Shown here piece by piece: positions 17,974 to 28,405 of a stretch of 55,076 nucleotides of DNA. The notes beneath the pieces are model-generated. The model was not told the DNA's origin, did no database searches, and saw only the letters and a program-made list of their open reading frames with translations. Each line of letters starts with the position of its first letter. The first letter of the stretch is position 1. The translations under genes were made by a program, and so were the position numbers. Source of the DNA: Polaribacter sp. (GTDB lineage Bacteria > Bacteroidota > Bacteroidia > Flavobacteriales > Flavobacteriaceae); contig JAHDHO010000001.1 in the NCBI GenBank assembly GCA_020631275.1, positions 10,160 to 65,235 on the forward strand, in the 5' to 3' direction.

Positions 17974-18924
17974 TTATTTTGAAGCTAAAAACTTCAGCAC
18001 ATTATTTTCAATTCTATTTAAAACATTATCAGTAGTTGCTTTTGTAAAAGCTTCTCCGGTAATTTGTTCATATAATTCTATGTATCTGTTAGAAATTTCA
18101 ATGATTTTTTCATCGCTCATTTCTGGTATTGCTTGTCCTTCTTTTCCTTGAAAACCTTTTTCTATTAGCCATTGTCTTACAAATTCTTTAGACAATTGTT
18201 TTTGTGGCTCGTTATTATCTTGTCTTTCTTGGTAACCATCAGCATAAAAATAACGAGAAGAATCTGGTGTATGAATTTCATCAATTAAAACAATTTTACC
18301 ATCTTTTGTTTTACCAAATTCATACTTTGTATCTACTAAAATTAAACCTCTTTTAGCTGCAATTTCAGTTCCTCTTTTAAATAAAGCTCTTGTATAATTT
18401 TCTAAAACGATGTAATCTTCTTCAGAAACAATTCCTTTCGCTAAAATGTCTTCTCTAGAAATATCTTCGTCATGCTCGCCATTATCTGCTTTTGTAGAAG
18501 GCGTAATTAAAGGTTCTGGAAATTTATCATTTTCTTTTAATCCTTCTGGCATTTCTACGCCACAAAGCAACCTTTTACCTAATTTATATTCTCTTGCTGC
18601 GTGCCCAGAAACATAACCTCTAATAACCATTTCTACTTTAAAAGGATCACATAAATGACCAATGGCTACATTTTCATCTGGATTTGCAAGTAACCAATTC
18701 GGAACAATATCTGCTGTATCATTCATCATTTTGGTTGCAATTTGATTTAAAATTTGCCCTTTAAACGGAATTTGTCTTGGTAAAATAACATCAAATGCAG
18801 ATAATCTATCTGTGGCTATCATTACCAAAAGTTCATTATCTATATTATAAACTTCTCTTACTTTACCTTTGTAAACAGATTTCTTATTCGGAAACTGAAA
18901 GTTAGTTTCGTTAATTGTATTCAT
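17974..18924 (-). CDS. purC: SAICAR synthase
   Basis: [45 protein letters not shown]. Confidence 0.97.
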   Translation of the reverse strand: MNTINETNFQFPNKKSVYKGKVREVYNIDNELLVMIATDRLSAFDVILPRQIPFKGQILNQIATKMMNDTADIVPNWLLANPDENVAIGHLCDPFKVEMVIRGYVSGHAAREYKLGKRLLCGVEMPEGLKENDKFPEPLITPSTKADNGEHDEDISREDILAKGIVSEEDYIVLENYTRALFKRGTEIAAKRGLILVDTKYEFGKTKDGKIVLIDEIHTPDSSRYFYADGYQERQDNNEPQKQLSKEFVRQWLIEKGFQGKEGQAIPEMSDEKIIEISNRYIELYEQITGEAFTKATTDNVLNRIENNVLKFLASK

Positions 18925-18970
18925 TTTAGTTGTTGTGTTGTTAAGTCTGCAAAAATAGTAATTTAAAAAG

Positions 18971-19591
18971 TTATTTTTTCTTCTTTTTTAAACGTTTTAT
19001 TTGCTTTAAATTATCGCTGATTGGTGTAGCAGTTATTTCTGTTTCTCCTGGAATAAAATAGAAAAAATATGCCGAATTTTGTCCTATTTTTCTGACATCT
19101 AATTTTAGATTATCTTTGAAAACTAGAGTGTAATTTGGAGTGATTTCTCTAGATTGATATTTTTGTTTCATTCCGATTCCCATACCAGTTCTCATAGATA
19201 CAAAAAGTAAAAAAAACAAAAACATTAACCCTGGCAATAGGTTGTTTTTATCTTCAATTTTAGCATACCTCTTATCCCATTTTTCTACATTATATATTTT
19301 TTGATACCATTTTTTAACTCTTAGATATTTATACAATTTAGGCATCCATCTGGTTAGATATAAATACAATAAACCAAACATAAAAATTAGGAAAAGAGAT
19401 AAAATCCAATTATTTGCAAGCAAACTTATAGGAGATATTAAAGCATCTAAAATGGTGGTATAATTTAAATAAGTAACACCAAAAATTCCGTAGAAGATTG
19501 CATCACTTACAATTCCTAAAATTATTAAATACAGATAACCAATGTAAAAATAGTCTTGTAAACCTAGTTTATCTTTTTCTATTTTAATCAT
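18971..19591 (-). CDS. hypothetical membrane protein
   Basis: About 3 TM segments; co-oriented between phoH and purC. Confidence 0.75.
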   Translation of the reverse strand: MIKIEKDKLGLQDYFYIGYLYLIILGIVSDAIFYGIFGVTYLNYTTILDALISPISLLANNWILSLFLIFMFGLLYLYLTRWMPKLYKYLRVKKWYQKIYNVEKWDKRYAKIEDKNNLLPGLMFLFFLLFVSMRTGMGIGMKQKYQSREITPNYTLVFKDNLKLDVRKIGQNSAYFFYFIPGETEITATPISDNLKQIKRLKKKKK

Positions 19592-19594
19592 TTT

Positions 19595-20548
19595 CTATTC
19601 TGTTTCTATGCTTTTGTATGCAGAAATAATTTTCTTAACCAATCTGTGTCTTACAACATCTTTATCGTCTAAATAAACTTGTGCAATCCCTTCAATATCT
19701 TTTAAAGCTAGTAAAGATTCTTTTAAACCAGAAACTTGTTTTCTTGGTAAATCTATTTGGCCAGGATCGCCAGTAATTATAAACTTTGCGTTTTTACCCA
19801 TTCTGGTTAAAAACATTTTCATTTGACTGTGTGTTGTATTTTGTGCTTCGTCTAAAATTACAAAAGCATTGTCTAAAGTTCTACCTCTCATAAATGCTAA
19901 TGGTGCAATTTGAATGACTCCTTTTTCTAAATGAGACTCTAATCTTTCATGCGGAATCATATCTCTTAGCGCATCATACAAAGGTTGCATATAAGGATCT
20001 AATTTTTCTTTTAAATCTCCTGGTAAAAAACCTAGGTTCTCGCCAGATTCTACTGCAGGTCTTGTTAAGATAATTCTACGTACTTCTTTTTCTTTTAAAG
20101 CTTTTACAGCTAAAGCAACTGCTGTATATGTTTTACCTGTTCCTGCAGGACCAACTGCAAATAACATATCATTTTTAGCCATTAAAGTAACCATCTTACG
20201 TTGGTTTTCTGTTTGTGCTTTAATTAATCTGCCGCTAACACCATGTACTAAAACATCTTTTGCTTTTTTAGAAGCCGTTGTTTTTTCTTCGTTTCCGTTA
20301 GATGTTAAAATACGTTCGATACTATTTTCATCTAATTTATTATAACGATTGTAATATTTTATCAAACGATCTAATCTAATTTCAAACTCGTCTAAAAGTT
20401 CTGACTCCCCGTAAATTTTCATTTTAGATCCTCTTGCTACAATTTTTATCTTCGGAAAATATCTTTTTAATTGTTCTATGGTACTATTATGTGCCCCAAA
20501 AAAGTCTTTTGGGTTTATTTCTTCTAGCTCTATAATGCGTTCGTTCAA
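19595..20548 (-). CDS. phoH: PhoH-like ATPase (YbeZ type), TTG start
   Basis: GPAGTGKTY, LTRPAVESGENLGFLPG, APLAFMRGRT, DEAQN, GDPGQIDL. Confidence 0.95.
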   Translation of the reverse strand: MNERIIELEEINPKDFFGAHNSTIEQLKRYFPKIKIVARGSKMKIYGESELLDEFEIRLDRLIKYYNRYNKLDENSIERILTSNGNEEKTTASKKAKDVLVHGVSGRLIKAQTENQRKMVTLMAKNDMLFAVGPAGTGKTYTAVALAVKALKEKEVRRIILTRPAVESGENLGFLPGDLKEKLDPYMQPLYDALRDMIPHERLESHLEKGVIQIAPLAFMRGRTLDNAFVILDEAQNTTHSQMKMFLTRMGKNAKFIITGDPGQIDLPRKQVSGLKESLLALKDIEGIAQVYLDDKDVVRHRLVKKIISAYKSIETE

Positions 20549-20677
20549 ATGTTTATTTTTTATAGATTGATATCAATTTTATTTCAACTAAAAATAGCGA
20601 ATAAAATTTCTAAAATGATTAGATTTGCGATAAATAGTTAACAACTTTTACACAATTAATTAACAGCTAAAAAATTA

Positions 20678-21538
20678 ATGTCTCTAATTACTTTAACCAC
20701 AGATTTCGGAACGAAAGATCACTTTGTAGGTGCTGTAAAAGGGGCTATTTACTCTGAACTTCCAGATGCGAAAATTGTAGATATTACGCATGAAATCTCG
20801 CCATTTAACATTACGGAAACTGCATATATCTTAAAGAATTCTTACAAAAGTTTTCCTAAAGGAACTGTGCATGTTATTGGTGTAGATTCTGAATTAAGTG
20901 AAGAAAACAAACATATTGCGTTAGAGTTGGATGGTCATTATTTTGTGTGTCCAGATAACGGAATTATTTCGATGATTGTTGCCGAATTTAAACCAACTAA
21001 AATTGTTGAAATTACAATTCATGACAGAATAGAAAGTAGTTTTCCTGTATTAGAAGTTTTTGTACAAGTTGCTTGCTTTATTGCTCGTGGAGGAAATTTA
21101 ACTGTAATTGGAAGAGAAATATCAGAATTTAAAACAATAATAGAAATACAGCCAAAGGTAAATCAATCTCAAGATCAGATTATTGGAGGCATCGTTTATA
21201 TAGATAACTACGGAAATGTAATTACAAACATCAGTAAAAAAATGTTTCAAGAAATTGGTAAAGGAAGAAATTTCGAAATCAATGCTAAAAAACACAAATT
21301 TACAAAAGTGTTTTCTAAATATAACGAAGTTGCATCTAACAGCGCATACAGTAATCAACAATACGAAGGCCATAAATTAGCTATTTTTAATTCTGCAAAT
21401 TATATAGAAATTGCAATTTATAGAAGCAATTTAGATACTGTTGGTGGCGCTTGTTCTTTATTAGGTTTGGCATATCGAGATACGGTTACCATAAATTTTA
21501 TTAACGAGCCAAAACAAGAATTTACCACTTTAAACTAA
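20678..21538 (+). CDS. DUF62 / SAM hydroxide adenosyltransferase (chlorinase/fluorinase-fold) family protein
   Basis: ITLTTDFG, IVDITHEI, FPKGTVH, PDNG, YIDNYGNVITN, IEIA motifs; -7 TAGATTTG at 20620-20627. Confidence 0.88.
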   Translation: MSLITLTTDFGTKDHFVGAVKGAIYSELPDAKIVDITHEISPFNITETAYILKNSYKSFPKGTVHVIGVDSELSEENKHIALELDGHYFVCPDNGIISMIVAEFKPTKIVEITIHDRIESSFPVLEVFVQVACFIARGGNLTVIGREISEFKTIIEIQPKVNQSQDQIIGGIVYIDNYGNVITNISKKMFQEIGKGRNFEINAKKHKFTKVFSKYNEVASNSAYSNQQYEGHKLAIFNSANYIEIAIYRSNLDTVGGACSLLGLAYRDTVTINFINEPKQEFTTLN

Positions 21539-21541
21539 ACT

Positions 21542-21838
21542 ATGTTTGTAAGAATTGTAAAGATGAGTTTTCATCAGAAACACATACCTACTTTTTTATC
21601 AATTTTCGAAGAAAAAAAAGAATTTATTAGAGGTTCTAAAGGTTGCCAATTATTAGAATTATATCAAGATAAAAACAATCCAGATATATTTTTTACATAC
21701 TCTTATTGGAACGAAGAACAAGATTTAGAAAACTACAGAAACTCAGCACTTTTTAAAGATGTTTGGGCAAAAACTAAAGTTTTCTTTAACGACAAACCTG
21801 CTGCTTGGAGTGTCGATAAAAAAGTTAGCTTACAATAA
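21542..21838 (+). CDS. ABM (antibiotic biosynthesis monooxygenase)-fold protein
   Basis: MFVRIVKM, GCQLLELYQD, FFTYSYW..E.DLENYR.S. Confidence 0.85.
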   Translation: MFVRIVKMSFHQKHIPTFLSIFEEKKEFIRGSKGCQLLELYQDKNNPDIFFTYSYWNEEQDLENYRNSALFKDVWAKTKVFFNDKPAAWSVDKKVSLQ

Positions 21839-22366
21839 ATGAATTTTAACTTCAATGAATATCCGGTTTTAAAAACCGAAAGATTAATTTTAAGAAAAGC
21901 AACCGATTTAGATGTTGCTGTTGTTTTAGAATTAAGGTCTAGTGAAGAAATAAATAAGTTTGTAGCTACAAAAAGAATTCAGAATTTAGAAGAAGCTTCT
22001 GTATTTATAGCTTCTTGTAATTCTTTATACAATCAGCATAAAAGAATCTTTTGGTTAATTGAGTTTCAAAATCAAATAATAGGAAGTATTGTTTTACATA
22101 ACATTTCTAAAGTTAATAAATATGCAGAAATAGGTTATAAACTAAAGCCAAAATTTCATCAAAAAGGATTTATGTCTGAGGCTTTGCAAAAAGTAATTAC
22201 CTTTGGATTTAAGAATTTAGCATTAACAACCATAGAAGCATTTACACATAAAAATAATATTGCTTCTATTGCGTTGTTAGAAAAACATGGGTTTGTTTTT
22301 TTACCAGAAAGAAAATGTAGCACATTTAATTATAATAGAATTTTTAAATTAGAAAGTAAATTTTAG
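21839..22366 (+). CDS. GNAT acetyltransferase (RimJ/RimL family)
   Basis: LKTERLILR, AEIGYKL, QKGFMSEA, NIASIALLEKHGF. Confidence 0.9.
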   Translation: MNFNFNEYPVLKTERLILRKATDLDVAVVLELRSSEEINKFVATKRIQNLEEASVFIASCNSLYNQHKRIFWLIEFQNQIIGSIVLHNISKVNKYAEIGYKLKPKFHQKGFMSEALQKVITFGFKNLALTTIEAFTHKNNIASIALLEKHGFVFLPERKCSTFNYNRIFKLESKF

Positions 22367-22368
22367 GA

Positions 22369-23085
22369 ATGATTGCAATACTAAAAAAAGAATTCAATTC
22401 GTTTTTTTCGAGTCCGATAGCGTATTTAGTTATTGGCGTCTTTTTATTAATTAACGGTTTATTTCTATGGGTTTTTAAAGACGATTTTAATATTTTAAAT
22501 GCAGGTTTTGCAGATTTAAATCCGTTTTTTTATTTAGCTCCTTGGGTATTTTTATTTTTAATACCGGCAATAACCATGAAAAGTTTTGCTGATGAATATA
22601 GCAATGGTACTATAGAACTTTTAAAAACGAAACCAATTTCTAATTGGCAAATAGTTTTAGGTAAATTTTCTGCTGCTTTACTTTTGGTGATTATAGCAAT
22701 TTTACCAACATTAACTTATGTATATACTGTTTATCAATTAGGTAGTTCTGTTGGTAATTTAGATATTGGTGCAACAATTGGTTCTTATATTGGTTTATTA
22801 TTTTTAGCGGCAACGTATACCGCTATTGGCTTATTTACATCTACACTTTCAAAAAACCAAATAGTTGCATTTATATTAGGTGTTTTAATTACTTTTTTAC
22901 TTTTTTATGGTTTCGACGCCATTTCAGTTTCTTTAGACAACAACTATGTTATTAAGAAATTAGGTATTAACGAGCACTTTAAAAGTATTTCTAGAGGCGT
23001 TATCGATACCAGAGATATTATTTACTTTTTAAGCATAACATTTTTCTTTTTATTCATTACAAAAACCCGTTTAGAAAATGAATAA
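22369..23085 (+). CDS. gldF: gliding motility ABC permease GldF
   Basis: KKEFNSFFSSPIAY, IPAITMKSFADE..GTIELL.TKP, SISRGVIDTRD; adjacent to gldG. Confidence 0.95.
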   Translation: MIAILKKEFNSFFSSPIAYLVIGVFLLINGLFLWVFKDDFNILNAGFADLNPFFYLAPWVFLFLIPAITMKSFADEYSNGTIELLKTKPISNWQIVLGKFSAALLLVIIAILPTLTYVYTVYQLGSSVGNLDIGATIGSYIGLLFLAATYTAIGLFTSTLSKNQIVAFILGVLITFLLFYGFDAISVSLDNNYVIKKLGINEHFKSISRGVIDTRDIIYFLSITFFFLFITKTRLENE

Positions 23086-24718
23086 ATCTATAAAAAACAT
23101 ATCGATTATAATTGTTTTACTTGTAAGCATTAATTTACTAAATCAATCTTTTTACAAAAGACTAGACATTACAAAAGACAAGAGATATACTTTATCTGAA
23201 ACTACTAAAAATATTATTTCTGAAGTTGATAAAAACCTATTTATAACAGTTTATTTAGAAGGTGATTTTCCATCAGAATTTAAACGATTACAAGTAGAAA
23301 CTCAACAATATTTAGAAGAATTGTCTTCGCAAAATTCGAGAATAAAAATTAATTTCGAAAATCCAGACAACCAAAGAGAACCTTTAATAAAAAAAGGTAT
23401 GATGCCCAGTCAATTAACTGTTGAAGAAGAGGGTAAAATGTCTGAAGCGATTATTTTTCCTTGGGCAGAGGTTAGTTTGGGATCTAAATCTACCATTGTT
23501 TCTTTATTACCAAATGCTATTGTAGCATCACAAGAAGAACAATTGCAAAAAGCTATTGAAAATTTAGAATATAGTTTTACAAATGCCATACATACTATTC
23601 AATTAAAAGCGCAAAAAAAAGTAGCCATAATTACGGGTAACGGAGAATTGAAAGATATTTATCAATATAGCTTTTTAAGTGAAGTAGCAAAAAAATATAG
23701 ATTAGCAAAATTTACCTTAGATTCTGTAGAAAATAATGCTAACAAAACTTTACAAGATTTATCTAATTTAGATTTGGCAATTATTGCGAAACCTACTGTA
23801 AAATTTACGGATAAAGAAAAATTTGTTTTAGATCAATTTATTACCAACGGAGGTAAAACTTTATGGATGATTGATAATGTGCAAGCAGATCAAGATAGTT
23901 TGGCCAATTCAGGTAAAATGTTAGCGTATCCTAGAGATTTAGGTCTAACAAATTTATTGTTTTCTTACGGAATTCGAATAAATACAAGCTTGATTAAAGA
24001 TTTATATTCGGCAAAGATTCCGGTTGCAACAGGTCAGGTTGCAAATCAACCGCAGTTTAAAAATTTAGATTGGTTTTATCATCCGTTAGTTAACGGAAAT
24101 CCGAATAATACAATTACAAAAAACGTTTCTCCGGTTAGATTACAGTTTGCAAACCAAATCGATACTCTTAAAAATAATATTAAAAAAACACCTTTATTAG
24201 TTAGTTCTTTATTAACACAAAAAGTAGGAACACCAAAAATTATTGAACTACAATCTATTGCTGATGAAGTTATTGAAACAGATTACAAAGGGGGGCATCA
24301 ATTATTTGCCGTTTTATTAGAAGGTTCTTTCAATTCAGCCTACAAAAATAGAGTAAAACCATTTAAAACACCGCTTTTACAAGAGCAATCTAAACCAAAT
24401 AAAATGATTGTGATTTCTGATGGAGATATTGGGAAAAATCAAATTTTAAAAGGACAACCATACGATTTGGCTAGAGATAAATGGACGAATCAACAATTTG
24501 GAAACAAAGATTTCTTATTAAATGCTGTAGATTATTTATTAGATGATGCTGGTTTGTTAGATTTAAGAAACAAGACCTTAAAAATTAAAATGTTAGACAA
24601 ACAAAAAGCTTATAAAGAAAGAACTTTTTGGCAGTTTTTAAACCTAATATTGCCTTTAATTTTATTAATTTCCTTTGGTATTACTTTTAATTATCTAAGA
24701 AAAAGAAAATATAGTTAA
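23078..24718 (+). CDS. gldG: gliding motility ABC auxiliary protein GldG
   Basis: RLDITKDKRYTLS, VYLEGDFPSEFKRL, ENLEY, GNGEL, GNKDFLLNAVDYLLDD, C-terminal TM + RKRKY. Confidence 0.95.
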   Translation: MNKSIKNISIIIVLLVSINLLNQSFYKRLDITKDKRYTLSETTKNIISEVDKNLFITVYLEGDFPSEFKRLQVETQQYLEELSSQNSRIKINFENPDNQREPLIKKGMMPSQLTVEEEGKMSEAIIFPWAEVSLGSKSTIVSLLPNAIVASQEEQLQKAIENLEYSFTNAIHTIQLKAQKKVAIITGNGELKDIYQYSFLSEVAKKYRLAKFTLDSVENNANKTLQDLSNLDLAIIAKPTVKFTDKEKFVLDQFITNGGKTLWMIDNVQADQDSLANSGKMLAYPRDLGLTNLLFSYGIRINTSLIKDLYSAKIPVATGQVANQPQFKNLDWFYHPLVNGNPNNTITKNVSPVRLQFANQIDTLKNNIKKTPLLVSSLLTQKVGTPKIIELQSIADEVIETDYKGGHQLFAVLLEGSFNSAYKNRVKPFKTPLLQEQSKPNKMIVISDGDIGKNQILKGQPYDLARDKWTNQQFGNKDFLLNAVDYLLDDAGLLDLRNKTLKIKMLDKQKAYKERTFWQFLNLILPLILLISFGITFNYLRKRKYS

Positions 24719-24723
24719 TCAAT

Positions 24724-25485
24724 TTATATGGATAATAAATCGTCATGAATAAAAGTGTAATCTAAAACTTTTTGCAATTTTTCTGATGAAATAATTTTCC
24801 ATTCATAAACATCATTATTTTCAAATTCTGGCGTTTCAAAATCTCTACTTAATTTAGCAATTGTATAGAATTCTCTTCTTGTAGGGTGATGATTAGAACA
24901 CGCATTTAAAGTAGTATTCCAACAATTTTGTGCTACAATTTCATGTATAATTTCTATACAATCTTCTCTATGAATCATGTTTACAAAGCCTTTTGGTTGC
25001 GGAATTTTCTTTCCGTTTTTAAACCAATTTGCAGGATGTCTTTCGCCTCCGTATAAACCAGCAAAACGAATTATTGTAGTTTCGAAAAAAGTGTTTTTTC
25101 TAAATAAATCTTCAATTTCAGTTAATGGTGTATTTAAAACATCATCCTCTTCCGTAACAACTTTATTAATTCTACCATATACAGATGTCGAACTAATAAA
25201 AATAACTTTTTGAACACTAGAATTTTGAATTTGAGATATCAAATTTTCGAAACCATCAATATCTTTTGAGGTAATTGCAATGATTAAAATATCTGTATTT
25301 AAAAAAGTATCAAACTCTTCAAATTCAGAAATATTAACAATATAAGATTCTATATCTAAGGCCTCTAAATCTGTAATTTTTTCTTCGGATGTAGTAGATC
25401 CTTTTACAAAATAACCTTCCTCTAAAAAAGAAACTGCTAAAGGCTTACCTAACCAACCACAACCTAAAATACTAACATTTTTCAT
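24724..25485 (-). CDS. atypical SDR / NAD-dependent epimerase (YeeZ-like)
   Basis: ILGCGWLG, FISSTSVYG, RFAGLYG..RHP, VNMIHREDC. Confidence 0.88.
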   Translation of the reverse strand: MKNVSILGCGWLGKPLAVSFLEEGYFVKGSTTSEEKITDLEALDIESYIVNISEFEEFDTFLNTDILIIAITSKDIDGFENLISQIQNSSVQKVIFISSTSVYGRINKVVTEEDDVLNTPLTEIEDLFRKNTFFETTIIRFAGLYGGERHPANWFKNGKKIPQPKGFVNMIHREDCIEIIHEIVAQNCWNTTLNACSNHHPTRREFYTIAKLSRDFETPEFENNDVYEWKIISSEKLQKVLDYTFIHDDLLSI

Positions 25486-25505
25486 TCAAAAAAATTATAA
25501 ATTAT

Positions 25506-26171
25506 CTAACAAGAAATTTCATCACAACAATTATCGTCTTTAATTAACTTGCAGGATAGTACAGCTAAAATTGCGCCTAAAATTGGTGCTAATATATATA
25601 ACCAAAGTACTTTTATGTTACCAGTAACAATATTTGGTGCTAGAGACCTGGCCGGATTCATAGATGCATTTGTAATTGGACCTGCAAACATAGCTTCTAA
25701 TAAAACAACAGCACCAACTGCAATACCTGCAATAATTCCCATTTCTTTGCTACCTGTAGAAACATTAATTATTACAAGCATTAAAAAGAAAGTTAATAAT
25801 AATTCTAAAACAAATGCTCTTCCAACATCTACTGTTGGTATGGTAGCTCCTAAGGTCTCACTTGCAGGAAAAAGATATAATAATATTAAACTTGCTACAA
25901 AAGCCCCTAAAACTTGCGCAATAATATACTTTGGTACTTCTAACCAAGAAAACTTTTTTGCATATGCAAAAGCAATTGTAACTGCCGGATTAAAATGTGC
26001 TCCAGAGGTTTCTCCGAATGCATAAATCATCGCCATTACAATTAAACCCCAAGTTATTGCAATACCAACATGGGTTACATCACCTCCTGTAACTTCATTA
26101 ATCGTCATTGCTCCCGTTCCGCAAAAAATCATAGAAAAAGTTCCTATAAATTCTGAGTAGTATTTTTTCAT
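25506..26171 (-). CDS. MIP channel, NIP-like/AqpN-type aquaporin
   Basis: SGAHFNPAVT and ASMNPARS; C-terminal SCK...NCCDEISC; -7 TATCTTTG at 26190-26197. Confidence 0.93.
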   Translation of the reverse strand: MKKYYSEFIGTFSMIFCGTGAMTINEVTGGDVTHVGIAITWGLIVMAMIYAFGETSGAHFNPAVTIAFAYAKKFSWLEVPKYIIAQVLGAFVASLILLYLFPASETLGATIPTVDVGRAFVLELLLTFFLMLVIINVSTGSKEMGIIAGIAVGAVVLLEAMFAGPITNASMNPARSLAPNIVTGNIKVLWLYILAPILGAILAVLSCKLIKDDNCCDEISC

Positions 26172-26284
26172 TTTTTAGAATATAAGCAACAAAGATACAT
26201 TGCTTTCTTTTAAGATATTGTTAACATTTACCTTTAATAGATGTCGTAATTTTGATTTTAACTAAAAATTAAATTTTACATAAA

Positions 26285-27133
26285 ATGAAAAAAATTATAT
26301 TAAGCTTATTTGTTTTGGCTACAACAATTGCTACAAACGCGCAAATTGAGACCCCTGCACCAAGTCCGTTTCAAAAAATTGAACAAAAAGTTGGTTTAAC
26401 AGATGTTACTGTTGAGTATTCTAGACCAAGTGTTAAAGGTAGAAAGATTTTTGGAGGTTTAGAAGACTTTGGTAAAGTTTGGAGAACGGGTGCAAATGAA
26501 AATACAAAAGTTACGTTTTCTACAGATATTACTGTAAATGGTAAACCCGTAAAAAAAGGTACCTACGCTTTGTACACAATTCCGGGAGAAAAAACTTGGG
26601 ATATCATTTTATATACTGATGCAAACAATTGGGGAAATCCTGCAAAATGGGATGATACTAAAGTAGCTGCTAAAGTAACAGTTGCCGCACAAAACATACC
26701 TATGGTAATTGAAACATTTACAATTAGTTTTGATGATATGACAAATGATTCTGCAGTAATCGGAATTATGTGGGAAAACACATACGTTGGTTTAAAATTT
26801 GAAACTCCAACTGATGTAATGGTTTCTAAAAATATAGAAAAATTGATGAGCGGACCATCTGCAAACGATATGTATGCAGCTGCATCTTATTATTTAGAAG
26901 CAGGTAAAGACATTAATAAAGCAAAAACTTGGATTGATAAAGCGGTTGCAATGTCTGCAAATGCTCCTAAATTTTGGTATTTACGCAAACAATCTTTAAT
27001 TCATGCAAAAGCAGGAAACAAGAAAAGTGCAATTGCTGCTGCAAAACAATCTTTAAAATATGCAGAAATAGCAAAAAATGCAGGTTATATTAAAATGAAT
27101 AAGGCTTCTTTAAAAGAATGGGGAGCAATGTAA
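26285..27133 (+). CDS. DUF2911 domain protein with C-terminal TPR-like helices
   Basis: Signal TNA-Q; PAPSP, VEYSRPSVKGRKIFG, VWRTGANENT, GTYALYTIP. Confidence 0.9.
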   Translation: MKKIILSLFVLATTIATNAQIETPAPSPFQKIEQKVGLTDVTVEYSRPSVKGRKIFGGLEDFGKVWRTGANENTKVTFSTDITVNGKPVKKGTYALYTIPGEKTWDIILYTDANNWGNPAKWDDTKVAAKVTVAAQNIPMVIETFTISFDDMTNDSAVIGIMWENTYVGLKFETPTDVMVSKNIEKLMSGPSANDMYAAASYYLEAGKDINKAKTWIDKAVAMSANAPKFWYLRKQSLIHAKAGNKKSAIAAAKQSLKYAEIAKNAGYIKMNKASLKEWGAM

Positions 27134-27153
27134 TCTTCATTTACATATATCAT

Positions 27154-27188
27154 AAAAAATCTCGAACGTTTGTTTCGAGATTTTTTTT
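27154..27188 (+). terminator. intrinsic terminator
   Basis: AAAAAATCTCGAA-cgtttgt-TTCGAGATTTTTTTT. Confidence 0.85.
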
Positions 27189-27281
27189 GGCATATTTATC
27201 AATATTAAGTATCTAAAAATCAGCAATTAAATTAAAAACATTACATTCTTTTAAAAAAGTTTACTTTTATTTTTTTAAAAG

Positions 27282-27308
27282 TGTCACATTTTAAAAAGCT
27301 TTTTGTCT
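27282..27308 (+). promoter_or_regulatory. putative ECF-dependent autoregulatory promoter
   Basis: TGTCACA-N15-TGTCT ending about 20 nt before the sigma start. Confidence 0.5.
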
Positions 27309-27327
27309 ATAGAATAGAACCATTTTA

Positions 27328-27894
27328 TTGGAAACTAATCAACCACATATAACCAAACTATTAGAGCGCTGCCAAAAGCAAGACAAAAATGCGCAGCTAG
27401 AATTATACAAATGCTATTATAAAGCTATGTATAATGTAGCTTATCGCATTTTGAAAAACGAATTTGAAGCAGAAGATTTGATGCAAGAAGCTTTTTTAAC
27501 AGCTTTCACAAAAATGAAAATGTATAAAGGAGAAGTTACTTTTGGTGCTTGGTTAAAACGAATAGTAATTAATAAAAGTTTAACACAGTTAAAGAAAAAC
27601 AACAGATATCAAGAAGTAAAGATGACAGTTGTTACTGATGATGAAGTTGAAGAAGAAACAATAGATTACAGAGGATTTAAAGCTAACACTGTACTTAATT
27701 GTTTGCAAAGTTTAAAAGAGAATTACAGAGTTGTTTTAAATTTACATTTAGTAGAGGGTTACGATTATGAAGAAATATCGCAAATATTAGATTATACAAA
27801 TGAAAATGTAAGAACTACTGTTTCTAGAGCAAAGAAAAAATTAAAGCAAGTTTTACTTGCAGAAAATTTACAAACACAAGCATATGGAAGATAA
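27328..27894 (+). CDS. ECF sigma factor (TTG start)
   Basis: AEDLMQEAFL, FGAWLKRIVINKS (region 2); VEGYDYEEISQIL...SRAKKKL (region 4). Confidence 0.95.
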   Translation: METNQPHITKLLERCQKQDKNAQLELYKCYYKAMYNVAYRILKNEFEAEDLMQEAFLTAFTKMKMYKGEVTFGAWLKRIVINKSLTQLKKNNRYQEVKMTVVTDDEVEEETIDYRGFKANTVLNCLQSLKENYRVVLNLHLVEGYDYEEISQILDYTNENVRTTVSRAKKKLKQVLLAENLQTQAYGR

Positions 27895-28405
27895 ATTACA
27901 TCAATTTTTTTCTGAAAATAATTTTGATTTTAAAGAACCGAACGCTGGTCATTTAGAACGATTTGAAAGAAAATTAAACTATCCAAAACAAAAGAAAAAT
28001 TCTTGGAAATGGTTAAGTGTTGCCGCTTCTGTTGTTTTAGTATTAGGTTTTTGGTTGGGTAGCAATCATCAAAAAAGGCAATTAGACTTAGCTGATGTTT
28101 CTCCTAAGATGGAAGAAGTGCAAAACTATTTTGTTTCAACAATTAATCAAGAAATTAAAACTTTAGAAAGTAATCGAAATTTAGAAACAGAAACCATTAT
28201 AGAACATGCTTTAGAAGAGCTAGAAGAATTAGAAGATAGTTATAAAGTCTTTATTGTAGACCTTAACAAAAACGGTAAACAAAGAAGTGTGATTAGCGCA
28301 ATGATTAAAAATTATCAAAGACGCTTAGACATTTTAGAAGAGACTTTAAACCAAATAGATAAATTAAAAAATTTAAACAATATTCAGGATGAAATTTATA
28401 TTTAA
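27884..28405 (+). CDS. putative anti-sigma factor (single TM)
   Basis: Preferred ATG 27884 overlaps the sigma gene; EPNAGHLERFERKL, WLSVAASVVLVLG TM, helical periplasmic tail. Confidence 0.75.
   Translation: MEDKLHQFFSENNFDFKEPNAGHLERFERKLNYPKQKKNSWKWLSVAASVVLVLGFWLGSNHQKRQLDLADVSPKMEEVQNYFVSTINQEIKTLESNRNLETETIIEHALEELEELEDSYKVFIVDLNKNGKQRSVISAMIKNYQRRLDILEETLNQIDKLKNLNNIQDEIYI

Noticed and set aside
17933-18151. 72-aa plus-strand ORF
   Set aside because: Mostly antisense to purC; no motifs.
20678-21538. True halogenase (fluorinase/chlorinase)
   Set aside because: Only fold-level motifs; housekeeping context with no natural-product genes.
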